Source: a virus (Duplodnaviria; Caudoviricetes). From it: a stretch of 64,000 bases of DNA. The stretch is from the IMG/VR virus record IMGVR_UViG_2898615884_000001, positions 1 to 64,000 of that record; one strand, written 5' to 3'. The position numbers and the translations under genes were made by a program. Every line of letters starts with the position of its first letter. Position 1 is the stretch's first letter. The notes below the pieces were generated by a model that saw only the letters and a program-made list of their open reading frames with translations, did not search any database and was not told where the DNA came from. Below, piece by piece: positions 62,674-64,000 of this stretch.

Positions 62674-62868
62674 TCACTTCCTGGTGGTGGGGTGGTGAGC
62701 AGCGGTGATGCGGTGCCGGTCGGCGCGGACCTGCATGAGGCGGACCGCCCACACCGCGGTGACGGTCCGGCCGTAGTGGCGGACCTCGGAGGCGCCGCAG
62801 CAGCAGGACCAGGACACGGCCCGCACCTCCGGGAGATGGCCCGTGCTGACCAGGTGGCTGACGCTCAT
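62674..62868 (-). CDS. Hypothetical protein
   Basis: ATGA coupling. Confidence 0.5.
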   Translation of the reverse strand: MSVSHLVSTGHLPEVRAVSWSCCCGASEVRHYGRTVTAVWAVRLMQVRADRHRITAAHHPTTRK

Positions 62869-63203
62869 GACATCGAGAGCTCCTCGTCCCAGGCAGCGAA
62901 GAAGTCGAGCTGGACGGCCTCGGACGGCACGACGCGGCAGTCGCAGGCGCACCGCCAAGCGCACGGCCGGCCGACCCGCCACACCCGCGCGTCGCTCGAC
63001 GGCGCAGGCGAGACCACCGAGCCCTTGCTGTTGGTGACCCACCCCGCCGGGAACACGGCGGGCTCGCCGGCGCGGCACCGGTCGTGGTCGCCGTGCACGC
63101 AGTTCGAGCACGGCCCCCACTCGCAGGGGCAGGTCGCGATGGGCGCGCGGAGGGCGGGAGGGAGGACGTTGGCGCGGATCCACGCGGCGGCTTCCGGTGT
63201 CAT
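62865..63203 (-). CDS. DUF6248-like Cys-rich protein
   Basis: MTPEAAAWIRANVL...CPCEWGPC..C..G.HDRC...WRCACDC. Confidence 0.7.
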   Translation of the reverse strand: MTPEAAAWIRANVLPPALRAPIATCPCEWGPCSNCVHGDHDRCRAGEPAVFPAGWVTNSKGSVVSPAPSSDARVWRVGRPCAWRCACDCRVVPSEAVQLDFFAAWDEELSMS

Positions 63204-63427
63204 CAGGCCCCCCAGTCCGGGCAGTCCACCGCGCCGCATGGCGAGCCCAGCTGCTCGATGGCGCCGCACCAGGGGCAGTCCTCGTCGGAGGGGTCGGCGT
63301 CGCCGAGGTCCTTGCGGTCGGCGACGTCCAGGCCGCATACCGCCCGGTCGGGGTCGCAGCAGTAGACGTGGACGAAGTCGTGGTCGAGTCCGGGGCCGGT
63401 GGGGCGCGGCAGGGTCGCGGTGATCAC
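63203..63427 (-). CDS. Small Cys-rich protein
   Basis: HVYCCDPDRAVCGLD...CPWC; coupled at both ends. Confidence 0.65.
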   Translation of the reverse strand: MITATLPRPTGPGLDHDFVHVYCCDPDRAVCGLDVADRKDLGDADPSDEDCPWCGAIEQLGSPCGAVDCPDWGA

Positions 63428-63978
63428 GACGCCTCCTGGGTGGTCGTGGTGGTGCAGGTCCAGCAGGTGCCGTCGGGGTCAAGCGCGGTGCCGCAGGTCC
63501 CGCAGGTCGGTGCGTCGGCGGGGTGTCCGTCGTTGTCCGCGCGTGTCCGCCGGTGTCCGTGGTTGTCCGCGCGGGGTGGTGCGACGGGGTGGGCGGCGGC
63601 GTGCAGGACGAGGTCGGTGTACGGGGCGGTCGGGCCGAGCTGGGCGCGCGCGGCTTCGATGGAGGCGGCGCCGCAGTCGGGTAGGCGCTGAAGCCGGGTG
63701 ACCGCAGCGTCGTATGCCGGGGACGTCTCAGCGGGCGCGAGACGGCCGCGCGTGCGCCGTGTGCGGAACTGGTCCGGGTTCAACCACTTCGCCCGCCTAC
63801 GGGGACCTGAGGGACGCACGGGGCCAATGGGGCGCGTGGGCTCAGGCCGATCCCGAAGCCACGCGAGATACGCGACGGGATCCTCCGGCAGATCCACCGG
63901 CGGCGGCTGCGTCGCCTCGGCCACCTCGCGGGCACTGCGCTCGACCGCCTCCGCCACCCACGGATCCGGCCGGTTCAT
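63424..63978 (-). CDS. Hypothetical protein with C-terminal Zn ribbon
   Basis: CGTCGTALDPDGTCWTC; ATGA overlap with a gene that runs off the window. Confidence 0.6.
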   Translation of the reverse strand: MNRPDPWVAEAVERSAREVAEATQPPPVDLPEDPVAYLAWLRDRPEPTRPIGPVRPSGPRRRAKWLNPDQFRTRRTRGRLAPAETSPAYDAAVTRLQRLPDCGAASIEAARAQLGPTAPYTDLVLHAAAHPVAPPRADNHGHRRTRADNDGHPADAPTCGTCGTALDPDGTCWTCTTTTTQEAS

Positions 63979-64000
63979 GCCAACTCCAGCGGCGCCTGCG

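Larger units (their letters stand above)
1..64000. mobile_element. Actinobacterial siphovirus-like phage/prophage (putative phage-plasmid); both ends probably extend beyond the window
   Basis: Ordered terminase-portal-protease-capsid-tail-TMP-lysis genes, phage-type early genes to both window edges, no host housekeeping genes. Confidence 0.92.

Noticed and set aside
1-64000. Integrase, att/tRNA site, CI-like repressor, ParA/ParB, reverse transcriptase (DGR or retron)
   Set aside because: No tyrosine or serine recombinase, ParA, RT or tRNA pattern recognised; they may lie outside the window, so lifestyle cannot be settled here

Overview
The window is a very GC-rich actinobacterial mobile element, most likely a siphovirus-type phage or prophage. 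The host group (filamentous actinomycete) is inferred from gene families only. The minus strand carries an essentially complete morphogenesis and lysis region (35836 down to 6813): TerL, portal/MuF fusion, protease-scaffold, capsid, head-tail genes, tail tube, frameshifted chaperone, a 1544-aa tape measure with NlpC/P60, Dit and minor tails, a tail-fibre/PhoD fusion, a DUF1906 endolysin and holins. It also carries two blocks of early/middle genes (64000 down to 57417 and 45950 down to 35991) with TerS, an HNH nuclease, a DEDDh exonuclease and a replication initiator containing seven internal iterons. Three features are unusual. (1) A Streptomyces-type conjugation module sits between the early blocks (46084-53710): TraA-like, FtsK/TraB, a clt-like repeat tract directly behind traB, SpdB-like genes, and a divergent RHH regulator with palindromic operators. 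This suggests a conjugative phage-plasmid or phage-AICE hybrid. (2) An unannotated 36-aa Asp/Lys-rich peptide gene (58897-59007) is translationally coupled to a long PIMT homolog with a WxxxGxP motif, which is the layout of an imiditide/pamtide RiPP cluster. (3) Plus-strand accessory arms (1-6597 and 55052-57346) consist of small genes behind promoters that each overlap a different palindrome and are linked to HTH genes. No integrase, tRNA, rRNA, CRISPR array or reverse transcriptase was recognised. All family assignments come from reading motifs by eye, not from database searches.
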